Shown in pieces: positions 34,801-49,937 of a DNA stretch of 64,000 bases. The notes under the pieces were generated by a model. The model was not told the DNA's origin. It saw only the letters and a list, made by a program, of their open reading frames with translations, and ran no database searches. Every line of letters begins with the position of its first letter. The first letter of the stretch is position 1. Both the position numbers and the translations under genes were made by a program. The DNA is from Geosiphon pyriformis uo1. Lineage: Eukaryota; Fungi; Glomeromycota. The DNA lies in NCBI GenBank assembly GCA_016748015.1, contig JAAOMT010000134.1, positions 936,757 to 1,000,756 on the forward strand, given 5' to 3'.

Positions 34801-37520
34801 GCCTTGCAGTAATAACAAGTGTGATTCTCATATTCTTCTTCAGGTGAAATGCAGGCTCCCATTGATGATAGTTTCTTGTGGCAGTCCTTACATTTAAGGG
34901 GAATATAGGGGCGTTGTTTTCTTGGTTCAGATTTTGAGTAAAGTATATTCCATCCAGAGGTTTCAGGTTTAATGTGTATGGTAAAATGTTCTTGTTTTGT
35001 TTCATCAGCCCAGTTGGACGTTGATCCAAGAGCCATGAATGTTTCGATTATTGGTTTTTCTTCTTCTGGTTCAAATTCAAAAGCCGGGGCTTTTTCAGAG
35101 TGTTTGTTGAATGTACCACAAATGGCAGGTACCCGGGCGTGTTGTCCTTGGTAGGAGATTGTTAACTCTTGTGTTTCACAGTTCAGATTAGCATTGGCTT
35201 TTTGAAGCCAATCATTTCCGACAAGAGCTTGGTACTGGGGTGCATCCATTACAAGAACTTTGACTGGAATGGTGATTCCATCAAAAGTGAATGGAAAATT
35301 GTCAATTTCTCCTACTGGTGTCTTTTTCATGCCATCAGCAGTAACAATTACTGTTTGAGCCAGTCGGTCGATATTTCTTTTCAACTGTTGCATTAACTGG
35401 TAGGTAATAATGCTTCCAGCAGATCCACTGTCTAGGATCAAGCGAATTGGCTTTCCTTTTACTTCAGCTTCTGTGTACATTGTAGTGATGACTTTTTGCT
35501 TATTAGCCGCTGCATTGCTAAGCAAGAATGGTGATTCATTTGCTTCAAATTCAAAAGGAAAGATATCAGAAAAATTGGCGTTTTTAGCAATTTGGGCTGG
35601 TGAAATAGTAGTGTGATTATGAGAAGGGTTTTGTTGTTGTTGTGCTGCAGCTCTACCTTCCGAAAGTGCAGTATGGTGAAAATTCTGTTCTTCTGGCATT
35701 GTTAAATAACTGGGTTGAGTGTGGTAGTGGTTGGGTCTTGGTTGAGTGGAATTTTGGAGAACCAATTGGTTGTTTGGACTGATTCTATTGTTGTTTACTT
35801 GGTATTGGTTTTGTGGTGTGAATTGATTTTGTGTAATCAGTCTTCGAGTAGGTACTTGATAATGTTGTGTGGGTGGTTGTTGGTATTGCTGTTGGATTGG
35901 TTGTAGGGCAGGCTGATAATAGTTATTTTGGTATTGGGATCTTGGTGGATAGTAAGCTGGTGGTGATGGTTGATAATAAGATTGCTGTGGTGGAGAGTAA
36001 CATTGATTACCCCTGTTTTGTTGGTCTCGCTGTAGCTTTCTGCAATCTCTTTTCCAGTGGCCAGAGATTCCACAGTAATGGCAATTCTGGGGCTGGTTAT
36101 TTGAAAGTGGTGCAAAGTTATTTTGATTTTGTCTTTGGGGTGGTTGATATCTTTGAGGTTGTTGTTGTTGTTGGTTGGTAAAATAGTTTTCGACCTTCTT
36201 TGTGAGTTGGTCAATTTTTTTCTCAGCTGCTGAGCTGGTTTCTCCAATTGCCAAATTTACAAGTTTTGTACGATTAGCCTCTTCCATGGCCATTTCATAT
36301 CTTTTCACATGCTGGATGGCAGAGTTTAAATCTTCTGGCGTGTGTGGGCGAACCTTTTTAATTAGTTTATCTTTTAGACCAGCAATAAATTGATCCAAGA
36401 TTTGAGCATCAGAATAATAATTGTTTGTTTCGAGTTGGCGAATCCGTCTGAGAAGTTTGTTGAATTTCCCAATATAAGTCATAACGGATTCGAAAAGTTC
36501 TTGTTTGATATTTCGAAAACGATTGCAAAGAGTGATAGAGGTATTATTGTCGATGAACTGTTCAAGGAAGACTGCTTTGAAAGCATTTCAATCATTGAAT
36601 GGGGCGGCAAGGTTTTCAAACCATTCTTCTGCTGTGCCTTTGAGAAAGTAGGGAATTGTTCTTAACATTCTGGCAGTGTTCCATCCATTTGCATCTCCAG
36701 CTTTAGTAACTTGGTCGAGCCATTTTTGGGGACTGGTCTCAATATTTTCTCCATTGAATTCAGGGATTTTTGCAATGTATGTTGTCATTTTGTTTTCTTC
36801 ATTTTCACTGTCTATTGATTCTTCTTCAGTTATTTCAAAGTTGTTTTCTTCGTTTGCTGCTGTCTCAGAGTGTTCACTTTGATTTTCAGCTAGAAAATCA
36901 AGGAGATTGGAACTAGTTTGAAGGGGTTCTTGTTGTCTGGTGGGACTTCTGAGTGATGTAAAATCTTCTGGTCTTGCAAATCAATTCAAGAGTGAATTAG
37001 GTGTTTGTGCTTGTACAAGTGAGACTAAAAAAGGTGTGATAGTAAGTGGAAGTTTTGAACTGGTTCCTTGTTCAGGTGTTTGTAAATGTTTAGCAGTTGT
37101 TTTCGGTAGTGTTGGAGTATTTGGGGTGGTTCTTGAATATTGCTTTAATTTGTTTTTGCCTTTGTTGCTTGTTTCTGTTTCCAATTCAAAATCAATAGTG
37201 TATTGAGACTGCACTGGATATGTTTCTTCACAGTATTTAATAATGTTATAATTAAGTTCATGAAAGTAAGTGGCAAGTGTTTTACTATTAAGGTCTTTAG
37301 TTCCCAACTGTGAATAGTGTGCTAAATTATTGTAAAGGTTGCTTCTAACTTCTGAGATATTGTAATTTCCAAAAAGATAATTGTTGATGCGGTTTTCAAT
37401 GTATTAGTATACTGATTTCTTGACAATTTCAATTCCGTCTGGAATGTTGAATCTTTGCTTGCAGTGGGTGTAAATTAATTGGTAATACTCTAGAGTTGTT
37501 GTATCTGGTGTGGTCGCCAC
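31900..37520 (-). pseudogene. gag-pol of A2
   Basis: 565-aa open stretch joins capsid, CCHC and protease in frame; dUTPase, RT (YLDD), RNase H; one 1-nt deletion in a poly-A run at ~33025. Confidence 0.94.
33741..34140 (-). pseudogene. dUTPase domain in A2 pol
   Basis: AHEIDAGYDLRY, SQSSLASKG, GGIIDARYTGD, EKIAQAI, RETQGFGSTG. Confidence 0.94.
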
Positions 37521-37565
37521 TTTGAAGTTGTTTTTGCTGTGTTGTTTCTGTGAGAGAGCACCAAA

Positions 37566-38306
37566 TGTTACCGGAGGTTTTTGGTCTCTTTTCTGTAATG
37601 TTGTTGATACTTATTTGCTGTGAATTCACGTTTTCTGGATGTGGTTGAACCTCCAGTAACTGAATTTATCTTCAAATTATCTCCTATAATTTGAACTGCT
37701 GGGCTTATAAGTGGAATGGCCAATTCCTTGCCAGTTACTTTATGTAGTTACGTTGTAGTAAACGTCAACTCTTTCCCAGGAATTGCTTGTCTGGAAGCTC
37801 ACTAAAATGTATAGTTACTTTGCTGTGAAAGTCAANNNNNNNNNNNNNNNNNNNNNNNNNNNNNNNNNNNNNNNNNNNNNNNNNNNNNNNNNNNNNNNNN
37901 NNNNNNNNNNNNNNNNNNNNNNNNNNNNNNNNNNNNNNNNNNNNNNNNNNCATCTTGAACTTTGCTATTTTCTAAAATTTTGCTGAACTAAAGATACATT
38001 TCGGCAAATTACAAGTTATTTTGGCGAACTATTAGATATTTCGGTGAACTATCAATTATTTCAGCGAATTTCTACAAATTTCGGCGAACTTCTGAATGTT
38101 ACATAGTTCGGGGTATTGCATGATTGATCATCGCAATTAGGTTACATTTGTGTTGTGTACAATTTGGGTTATTAATTAAATGATAATTTCGGACATTTTT
38201 GCTAATGTAATAAGTGATCATTTAAAATGATAATATATGCTAATTAATGATAGAAATTATAAGATAATTTCATGTTAAATAATATTTCTAATTTTGTCTG
38301 GTAACA
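37566..38306 (-). repeat. 5' LTR of A2 (contains N gap 37836-37950)
   Basis: TGTTACCG...TGGTAACA; pairs with 28679-29658. Confidence 0.93.
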
Positions 38307-41300
38307 GTGCATATTGTTAGTAAATTATAACATACTGTTTAACAATAAACATATTGTCAGAAAAAATAGGACACATTGTTTAAAAAAATATGAGATCTTG
38401 TATAACAAAAATTATATATATATAGTAAAAGTATTAAAAACAAAAAAAACAGAATCAATACAGACAAAATTAGTAAAACTTATTAATTATCCAATACCCC
38501 TCTTTTCAAAAAATAATTTTCTACAACTTAATGTAAAATTAACTCACATATTAATAAAATATTAATTAATATTTGAAATTCATGTTACTATTACTTAATT
38601 AAGAAATATTAATTAATTCTATACTATCAATACTCAATATTAATAGAATTCAATACTTAATTATACTGGACCAATAATTTTTAATTATGGCTATTAACAA
38701 AATACTAATTTTTTATTTTATTTTTTTTATTTTATTTTATTTTTTTTATTTTGTTTTCTTTGTTGTTTACTAATTAATTAAAAAAATTAAGCACTAAATA
38801 ATTAACATTAAGAATAGCCTGGTAAAAAATCCAGAAACAAAAATAGAAAACTTAAAAATAGTTTATTAGAAGAACATAACTATTAGAATAAACTGGCTAT
38901 CATGCTAAAGAAAAAAATTTATGAAAGAAAACCATTAATTTAATTTTTGTTTATTATACAAAAAACTCAACCAAAATCTTCAGACTCTAAAATTTTCAGA
39001 AACTACTATTATCAACAGTTATTAAGTACTAAGTTATAGATTTGTTATTTTTTTTAATATTTCAAATAATTACTTATAACAATATTAAAGTTTTCAAAGT
39101 TGTATCTATAATTTGGAATAATACAAATTCAGCAAATACTATTAAATAATTGTTATTGGTCAGAAAAAAATATAAAATATTAAAGTATTATAAATTAAAA
39201 GTTGTTAAGAATACAATTATCAAAAAAACAATTAAAAAGTAAATAGAAAACTTTAGTTTTAACAAAGAAAGCATAATTAGAAGTGTTCTAAATCAGTCTT
39301 TTTATAAGGTAGTTTTGGATTATTTGGTGATTGGAAAGAAATTAATTCTGGAACCAGAAAAAATAAAACTTAAAATTGATAAAATTATAGTAGATTAAAT
39401 AAGAGAACACAAAGTGTTTTCAGTATTGCTTATTATTTAGTCTAAACAATACACATCATTGAATTATGTAAAAAAAGATACTTTTTTTAAGGTTATAAGC
39501 AAAATTAATATACATAAGCTAGTTATAATAATTGATAGCTTGTCTAATAACAAAGTAGCTAATTTATTAAACATATTAAATAAACTTTAAAAGCATTGTA
39601 ATAATAAAATATTAAACTGCTTGTTAAGTTTATTTAATTTTACCTGGTGATTAGTAAAATTTTAACATCTTAAAAAAAAGCATGAATTTTTATAATTCCC
39701 AAACCATATAATTGGGAAGGCATCTTAACAAACACATAGTCTATTGTATTTATTGAAACAGCTAAGAAAAATTATCTAAGATTCTGTCAAACCACATCTT
39801 ATTTATTTGTACTAGGCATAATGTTTTTTGTAATAATAACTTCTTAGTTTTAAAAGGTATTTTAACTTAATTTTTTGTGTTTGTAGTTAAATTAATAGTA
39901 AAAAATATTTTGGAAAAGAGTTGAAAAGTTTGGCTGATTTTGTAAGACATATATAAAATCTATGATCTTATTAGATAATAGCACTTAAAAGCTAATTTAA
40001 AATAAATAAAAATATATAATAGGTTCATTAAGTTTTTTGAGAATATATATTTAAATAAAATCAACAATATAATAATTAATTTTGGTCTTTTAAATAAGTA
40101 TAAAGTGCTAAATAGACTGAATTAGAGTAAAGTTTTCTCACCACTCTTGTGAAAAAATTTTTATAACCCTTTGCTATGCAAAGTTAAAAAGCAAAAACAT
40201 TTATGTAGATACAGAATTAATACAAATTTTATAGCAAAAACAGGCAAAATAAAGGTAAGTAAAGACAAATCTTTATTTTTTGTAATAGATACATTCATAA
40301 ATAATATAATTTAGATAAAAAATGATTAGATTTCAACACAGTATATTTTGAATATTGTTAGTAAATTCTTTAAGATTAATAACATTTCTATTAACAATGA
40401 CAAAACTGTAATAATCTTTATTAATTAAAAGATCATGAATGCTTTTTTGTACATTAGTGATTGGCCAATTTTTATAGTTAAATAAAGCAAATCTTACAGA
40501 TATTTGGATATCTTTTTGTCAACAAAGAGCTTGTTTAAATCCAGTTTTGTCAAAACATATTTAGATATTAAGTTTTTTTTTAACTTAGTTTTTAAAAAGA
40601 CATTGTTTAATAAACAATTTTTTTATTTGGTTTTAGTGATCTTACAACTTATTATTAACTATCAAATACAGTTTAGTTTTGTATCTAAGAGTATATATTA
40701 AAAATAAAATATTATGTTGAAAAAAATTTAAAGTTTAAGGCTAATCTGCCAAGAGATTTTTTTAATAAAACTTTGCATTACTTTTTCTTTTATAAACTAA
40801 AAACATTTAAACAAATACAAGTGAAAGACAAAATTACTTTTATAATTGGGTTTTTTAATGTGTTTAAAATTTTTAGCCAATTGTTTGACCATCATTTTTT
40901 AAATTTGCAAGTTCTGAAATAGGCTTTAATAAATCCTTTGCAATACTTTATTAGACTGAAAGTTAGTCTTGTAAATAATTTTTTGGCAAGTATTGTTAAA
41001 ATTTTGTTGGATAACAAGATTTTCTTAGCCAACAATTTGTCCAGTGCATTTTGCAATATGGGTCACTTTTTTATGTTTAAAATTTTGGATAACTTTTTGT
41101 ATTATAGAGTGGTTTTTTTTTTGAAATGCTCTGATATTGTTTTTGATAATAGATTATTAGATAAACATAATTTAATTGTAAGTTAAAAGACTTTTTGTTA
41201 TTGGAAAAAATTAAGTTCTAAGGATTCAGTATCTTTGTAATTTGAGAAAGCTTTAATTTATATGAATAATCATCTAATTAAAATTGGTAAAATTGCTTTT

Positions 41301-43069
41301 GTTTTTAAGTATTTGGATATTATTTATTCAGATAATTTTTAAATATTTAAGAATACTTATATAGACTATAAACTGATGCTTTTAATGTTTATACAAATAG
41401 ATTTTAAAGTTATTGAATACTGTAGAAGTTGCTGATAAAGTAATAACTTATTTTTGTGATATTAGAATGGGTGTGGATGTTAAAATACATAAATTGTTAT
41501 TCTTTATATTGATAAAACTTTAGACAATTGCTTTGGTATTGGAATATATATTTTTATTTTGTTAGTTGTTATGTATACAAACAATTAAATGACTTTGAAT
41601 ACATATGTTTTAGTATTTAAACTGCATTTGCCAAATTTTTAAAACAAATATTGAGTGGAGAGATGTTATATAACTAATTTAGTTAAAACCAAAAATATTT
41701 TGGTTAAATAAATAAAAATCAAAAATTATTTAAGAAATACTGGTAATAACAGAGCTGATGTTTTTACATGTAATACAACATGTTTGGGTTTTGTTTTTTT
41801 TACAAGAATTCATAAAAAGTATATTGTGACTAATAACCAAATAGTATCAAGAAATGCCTATTACTTTATTTAAAATATTTATTAGACTATTTATTATGCT
41901 TAATAAGAGGCTGATCCAAACACTAAAGTCATGAATAAGACAATGATTAGTGATATTGATTAGGCTAGTATTGCTAAAGTTTGGCATTCAGACTTATATA
42001 TGCTTTTTGAATTTATAAGCAAGACTTTGGCTGTTCTGTGTACATATTTAATAAAAACAGTCCACAGAAAACTGCTTATTGCTGTTAAAAAAAGACTTTA
42101 TAACAGAAATTATCTTGAAGTTTTGTGCTTAATATATAATAATGTTAAACTATTTGACCATATTTTTACTTATTTAAAGAAAGCTAAAGCATACTTTGAA
42201 ATTTTATTAGGCCATATTAATTTGTGAAAGTATTTGACAGTTGGGTGTTTTTTATTATTATTTTTAATGTTATATACTTTTTTTTTTGAAATATTAGATG
42301 TTAATATTTATGTGGCTTTGTGTAAAAATTTTGTTTTTAAAAATTGGACAAATAAAGTAATTTCAATTTTTGGTAACAAAAAAAAAGCTATATTAATAAT
42401 AATCAACTTTACTTAATGTTTGACTAAGAAGCATTAAAATAAATTATGGTTATTAAAAACAAAATTCAGAATAAATATGGAAAAATATGACTTAATTAGT
42501 AATATAAAGATGATTTCTGCTTTTTTTTGTATTGTGTTTAATGGTCTATTAGTGAGAATTATTTGTTTACTTGGTATTGTTGAGTTTTTTGCTGTAAGTT
42601 TTGGTTTACATAAAGTTTGTTATTTTTTTTTAGATATTTGTGATAATATAAAAGTATATATAAATGTGTAATATTGTCTTAATTAACTTGAATAACTAGT
42701 CATATATAGTAAATACATAAGCCATATTTGGTTAGATTTATTTAGTTTGTTTCTATATATTAGATAATAATTAGACTATATTTATTAAATAAAAAAAATA
42801 AAAATTTAATATTATATAATTAATTATTATATTTTTAAATAATATTGTTAATTTAAATATTGATTTAATTGATAATTTTATTATTATTTAATTATTAATT
42901 TGATTATTAATTTTTTTTAAAAACTATATAATAATAAAATTTTTAATTGTAAAAAAACATAAAATTTAAGAATTAAATACAATTTGTTATTGTATTTTAT
43001 AATTTATTAATTTATATTATTTTATAATTTAATTTTATTACAAATTATTTAGTATTATTATTAATTATT

Positions 43070-43185
43070 ATATATTATTTTATATTATTTTATATTATTT
43101 TGTATTATTATATATTAATTTGTATTATTACATATTATTTTATATTATTATGTATTATTTTATATTAATTATATGTTAATTATGT
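43070..43185. repeat. Degenerate 10-bp tandem repeat (TATATTATTT)n
   Basis: About 11 consecutive units visible. Confidence 0.8.
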
Positions 43186-44496
43186 TTTTTATGATTGATT
43201 GGCTTTTTTATTTAAGTAATAGTACGAAAAGTTATAATATTCTATTTAAATAAATTATTTATAACAATATTTTTTTAAAATTATTGATTAAAAACATTTT
43301 TTAATAATTTGCATTTTTTTTTATTAAGTTTTTTTTTAATTATTGACAAATTAATATCCAAAATATGAAATTTTTAAACAATAAATTTTCAATTTTTTTT
43401 TAATAATAATAAAAGCAAATTAGCTTAATTTAAACAAAAAATAAAACCATTTTTTTATTTTTAATATTATAACAAATTATACTTTAAAAGTATTGGTTTA
43501 AAGTTCAAAGAAGTTTTATTTTTATTACTAATATTAAAATCAATATTAATTATTATAAATTTTTTTATTATATGTTTAAAATTAGTTTTTATACAATTAT
43601 AAATACAAAAACTTATTTAAAAAGAAAATTATTTTATTTTCAAAGTTTTTTTAAACAAATGAGTTTATATTTTGTAAAATAATAAATAATAAAACAAAAA
43701 TTTTTTCTCAAAAATTTTTTTTTTGGAGAATTTTGAATATAGAAGAAACAAAAGTTTTTTTAATTTTATTAAAAACTTTTTTATTTAAACATTTAATAAA
43801 ATTTTTATTAATTTTATAAAAATTTTTTACAATTTTTTTAACCAGTTTTTAATTGATTATAAACAATTTTAAAATAATAATTTTTAATTAAATTTTTTAA
43901 TTTGCTTTATTATTAATTAATAAAAACATTTTATATTTGAATGCAAATTAAAAAAGTTATTGTAATACATTATAATATAATTGTACATTTAAATTTAAAA
44001 TGATATATTTAATATTAATAATTTAATATAAAATATATATTTGTGTTATGGATAAAAAAAACCTAAATTAAAACATAAAAGAAATTTCATTCTGAAAATA
44101 AAATTAAATTAAAAACTAAAAAGAAATATAATATATGTAATTATAATAACAGTGGCAGTATTTTCAAGCCAATTATATTGAAGTCTAATACGTTGCATAT
44201 CATATTTTTATGATAATTTAAGAGATCTCAATAAATTTTATTGTAAATTATTATTATAAAAAAATATCGAATTTAGTTAATTAAATATTTTTCTAATCCC
44301 AATTTATTATAGGCATATTTGATCCGAAATTATTAAAGTAACAGAGTTACCGGCAAAAAATAACCTCCGAGCTAGTCGAGAAAATTCCCGGTCAATCACT
44401 AAGCATCATTGTGTCATTAGGTGACGTATTGATAAAAAAATTGTATAAATTTTATGTATTTTTTCGTCTGAACCCCGAACATTACAATAAAATAAA

Positions 44497-46888
<2,392 letters not shown>

Positions 46889-46989
46889 TGTTTTATAAAG
46901 CTCCTAAGTAAACCGTAGCAATAATCAAAGTTCCAGCCAAGCAGATCCCAAATTGAAGATAAGGATTCACGAACTTGAGCCCTTTGTAA

Positions 46990-47535
46990 TTAAAGTATCG
47001 TTTTATCGGGCCTTCTAATTATATGAGTCAGATTTACCCCGAGCTTCACGAAATTTGCTCTGATCACACGAGGATCTACACTGAATCTTTTTTGCAAATC
47101 AGACATCACCGTTGGGTTACTGTCAAAGTGCATTAACCAATGGCTAGAGAAGAAACAGTAAATTAGAACAGATTAAACCATTTTGAAAATAAATCTTATT
47201 TATACTTACTGTCCGTCAGTGTAATATTCTTGATGCGAGCGCATTCTTTTTGGTAAGGGAATTACTCCCCAATTATCAAACCCTCTAACTACTCCACCAC
47301 GTAAGAGAACATGTTTGGCGGAGGAGCGAACTAGGTCTTTCAAGCTGCCCTAGATAATAAAACAAAAAATGAATATTCAAACTTAGTTAAATATTAAATT
47401 CTGAATAATATCCTTATTACCTCAATTAAGTTCGGCCGGGCTATAACCAATAATTCATATAGCTAGATAAAGTTTATAGTAAAATACAGTTTCATCAAGT
47501 AATTTTATTAAAAAACCAATATCTCTTACCACCAT
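46990..47535 (-). CDS. MRP17: Mitochondrial ribosomal protein bS6m (Mrp17/MRPS6), 4 exons, 113 aa
   Basis: Exons 47530-47535, 47421-47462, 47210-47349, 46990-47143 splice in frame (GT-AG) to MVLYELLVIARP...GGVVRGFDNWG...LPKRMRSHQ...HWLMHFDS...DPRVIR. Confidence 0.9.
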
Positions 47536-47957
47536 AGTCGTGTGTATAACCAATAACTGGTTAGTAATGCTATACAAGATGAGTTTATCTTTGTAACAAT
47601 TGAAAGCATATGACATAAACACCACTTCATTTATATTCCCGGCAACAGATCTTAATTTTTCATTTTTCTATAAGAGGCTATTTTTGTCGGGCACATTTAT
47701 TGGAGAATCAATTATCGTATCAAAATCCAATTTTTGACAGTACATCTATCTTTTTATGAATTGGGAAAATTATTAAATTATCAGCTATGATTATGATAAT
47801 ATATTACATTAATATATTCCTTCAGATTTCTCCGCGTTATAAGCTCAAAATAAGAAGAGAATTCGTCGAAATTGCCATAGTTCATCAAATTGTTTATATT
47901 TTGATTTGCTTGCACATATAATAGATTAGGGTATTGGAAAACCAAAGGCAAAAAACC

Positions 47958-49784
47958 TCATGCCCCTCCCAAGATTATCCTTCGATTCACACTCTTAGCT
48001 TCCAAATTAGATCGGGTATCAACAACATTTTCCATACTGGTCACGGCGATAACTTTTGCTTCATCAGATCGAACTATCGAATTCAAATATTCCACTTGTA
48101 AGCATCTCTCGGCCAATCTCTGAGTGGTCGAAGATACTGGTTTGAAATGCTTGGAATTTGCACCAGTAAAATCAACCAGGAGGCTATATATCTGATGCTG
48201 TTTGTATCGTAGCCTACAAAGCTGGGTATTTTTTAGTAAAGGATGCAGGACCCTGAGATAGGTATGCCGAATCTGTTTTAACAATACCACACAAATTGTT
48301 AAATAAGATATTATCAGAAAAACTAGGCAACCCATTAATAATAAAAAAGATAAAGCTGACCGCTTCGCTCTCTTCAGGCAAATTATATAGCTCTCTAATA
48401 AATACATCGACCAAGACCATCAAATCATTTGTGTAGAAATATTCAAAAGTCTCTGGACTCGTGAAAATTTGAAAGAGCAGTTTGAGTGTGAGCATCTGTA
48501 TATGTGGTTCAACTTGAATCGTAAAAAATTGGTTTAAATTTAAGTTAGCAATGGTGAAGAGAACGATGAAATGACGAAATATCCTCAATTAATTTGATAC
48601 CGCATCGATTTAACATAAAGATCACATTTTCTCCAAAAGTTTTGCTAGAGCCGATACGAGCCCCAAGAACATTTAGCACACTATTAGTAATATAGTTGTC
48701 GTCATTTTCAACACCAGTTCCAGATTGGTTTTTGAGTTGAGACTTATTAGCTAACATAAATTGTTCGTTGAATGATAGCTAGTTTGAAAAGAAACAAAGT
48801 GAATTAATATTCTAGATAGTTCCTAATTAGTATGCAATATTATATTAAAAATAAACCCACTAAAAGTTTGATTATCGAATAATTATATGTCTCATCTTGT
48901 TCATCTCTAGTTTTCTCAACCAAATCGAGCAAATAATTAATAAGTGGCTCATCAATCATGCCTGAAGATTATTGGAATAAAATTTGAATATTGAATAAGA
49001 TCAATCGGTTGAATAAAGTTCGTAAGTTTCATGAGATAGCCAAAATTAACTTGACATACATAAATCGCATTCTGAGAGCTTTTGTATACAACAAATTTCA
49101 AAGAGTAGCTTTATGGAAATTCGCTGTACTTTATTTCCTAATATATAATAAATAGAAATCCCCTGAAATTTAATGCATCTAAATATAGGATGAAATAATC
49201 GAATCGAATGACGAATACCTTCTAGTTCCCAAATATGCTGGATCAATTTCCCAAATAATTCATGTTTTTTTCTGCTGATCATCAACTTGAATATTTTGAG
49301 GTTTTCTTTACCAGCTAAAAGGAGCATATGGTATGTTACCCATAATTCTGGCAAATCCTCTCGTCTAGCAGCTCGGTCTATTAAACGTTCCAGTATGGTT
49401 TCTGAATATTCTTCGTACATGTGAGAGTCCAGTAGCTTATAACAGCAAGTAGCTAACTCAGATTCTGTTTCAAAATATTCATCTGCAATGAAAGGAACTT
49501 TAGCTAGCCCTGATAAATTATGAACCTAACATTAGATTACAATAATTTGTATTCACCTTGAAATTTAGTTAGAAACCCTACATAAACGTCCAAAGAAGCC
49601 TTTGCAGCTTCCTTATTTAGTTCCCCTCGAACGAGAATATCTTCAAGTTCTGGGAAAGAGAAACACAGGTTTGAAAAGATGAAGATTGGGTTTTCCACTG
49701 GTTAAACGTATGTTTTCGAAAAACAAACATACCGGCCCAAAATTGTTGTGAGTTTTCAAGGTGATAAATTATCAGGTCGTCCAT
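47958..49784 (-). CDS. LDB17: SPIN90/Ldb17/Dip1-family Arp2/3 activator, multi-exon
   Basis: [17 protein letters not shown] start; LSFNEQFM; [13 protein letters not shown]; [17 protein letters not shown]; [12 protein letters not shown]. Confidence 0.9.
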
Positions 49785-49937
49785 ATTGTCAAGAAATTAT
49801 GACGAAGGTAAAAGATATGATGCCAGCAGTTCACCAATATGAGATAATCCACTAATCTAGTTTAGTGGGCTCTGTATGTGTCAAATTCACGACCTAAATT
49901 AGGCCAACATGTGCGTCNNNNNNNNNNNNNNNNNNNN

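Larger units (their letters stand above)
28679..38306 (-). mobile_element. Ty3/Gypsy element A2 (full length, least decayed)
   Basis: LTRs 28679-29658 and 37566-38306; TSD GTGC at 28675-28678 and 38307-38310. Confidence 0.96.
28541..39081 (+). repeat. Second solo D LTR (inverted), split by A2 (parts 28541-28678 and 38307-39081)
   Basis: Reverse-complement homologue of 26190-27021; ATAT flanks; ends ATAACA at 39081. Confidence 0.8.
4285..42671 (+). mobile_element. Decayed LINE-1 copy split by nested insertions (pieces 4285-5030, 25822-26189, 27022-28540, 39082-42671)
   Basis: Pieces rejoin across TSDs and are colinear with the LINE at 53033-59537: ORF1 (VIKEI..., LFTL..., CxxC...H), ORF2 from 27457 (MNNLVWKFATxN APE start), RT at ~39500-40700, RNase H at ~41380-41780. 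Confidence 0.85.

Noticed and set aside
35169-37206. + strand ORFs antisense to gag-pol, recurring in A1 and A2
   Set aside because: Explained by shared ancestry and strand composition bias; no domain signal
37836-37950. Shorter 5' LTR in A2
   Set aside because: Caused by an under-sized assembly gap
44151-44160. AGTGGCAGTA as an Rpn4/PACE site for RPT1
   Set aside because: Imperfect match to GGTGGCAAA and single occurrence; not supportable from sequence alone
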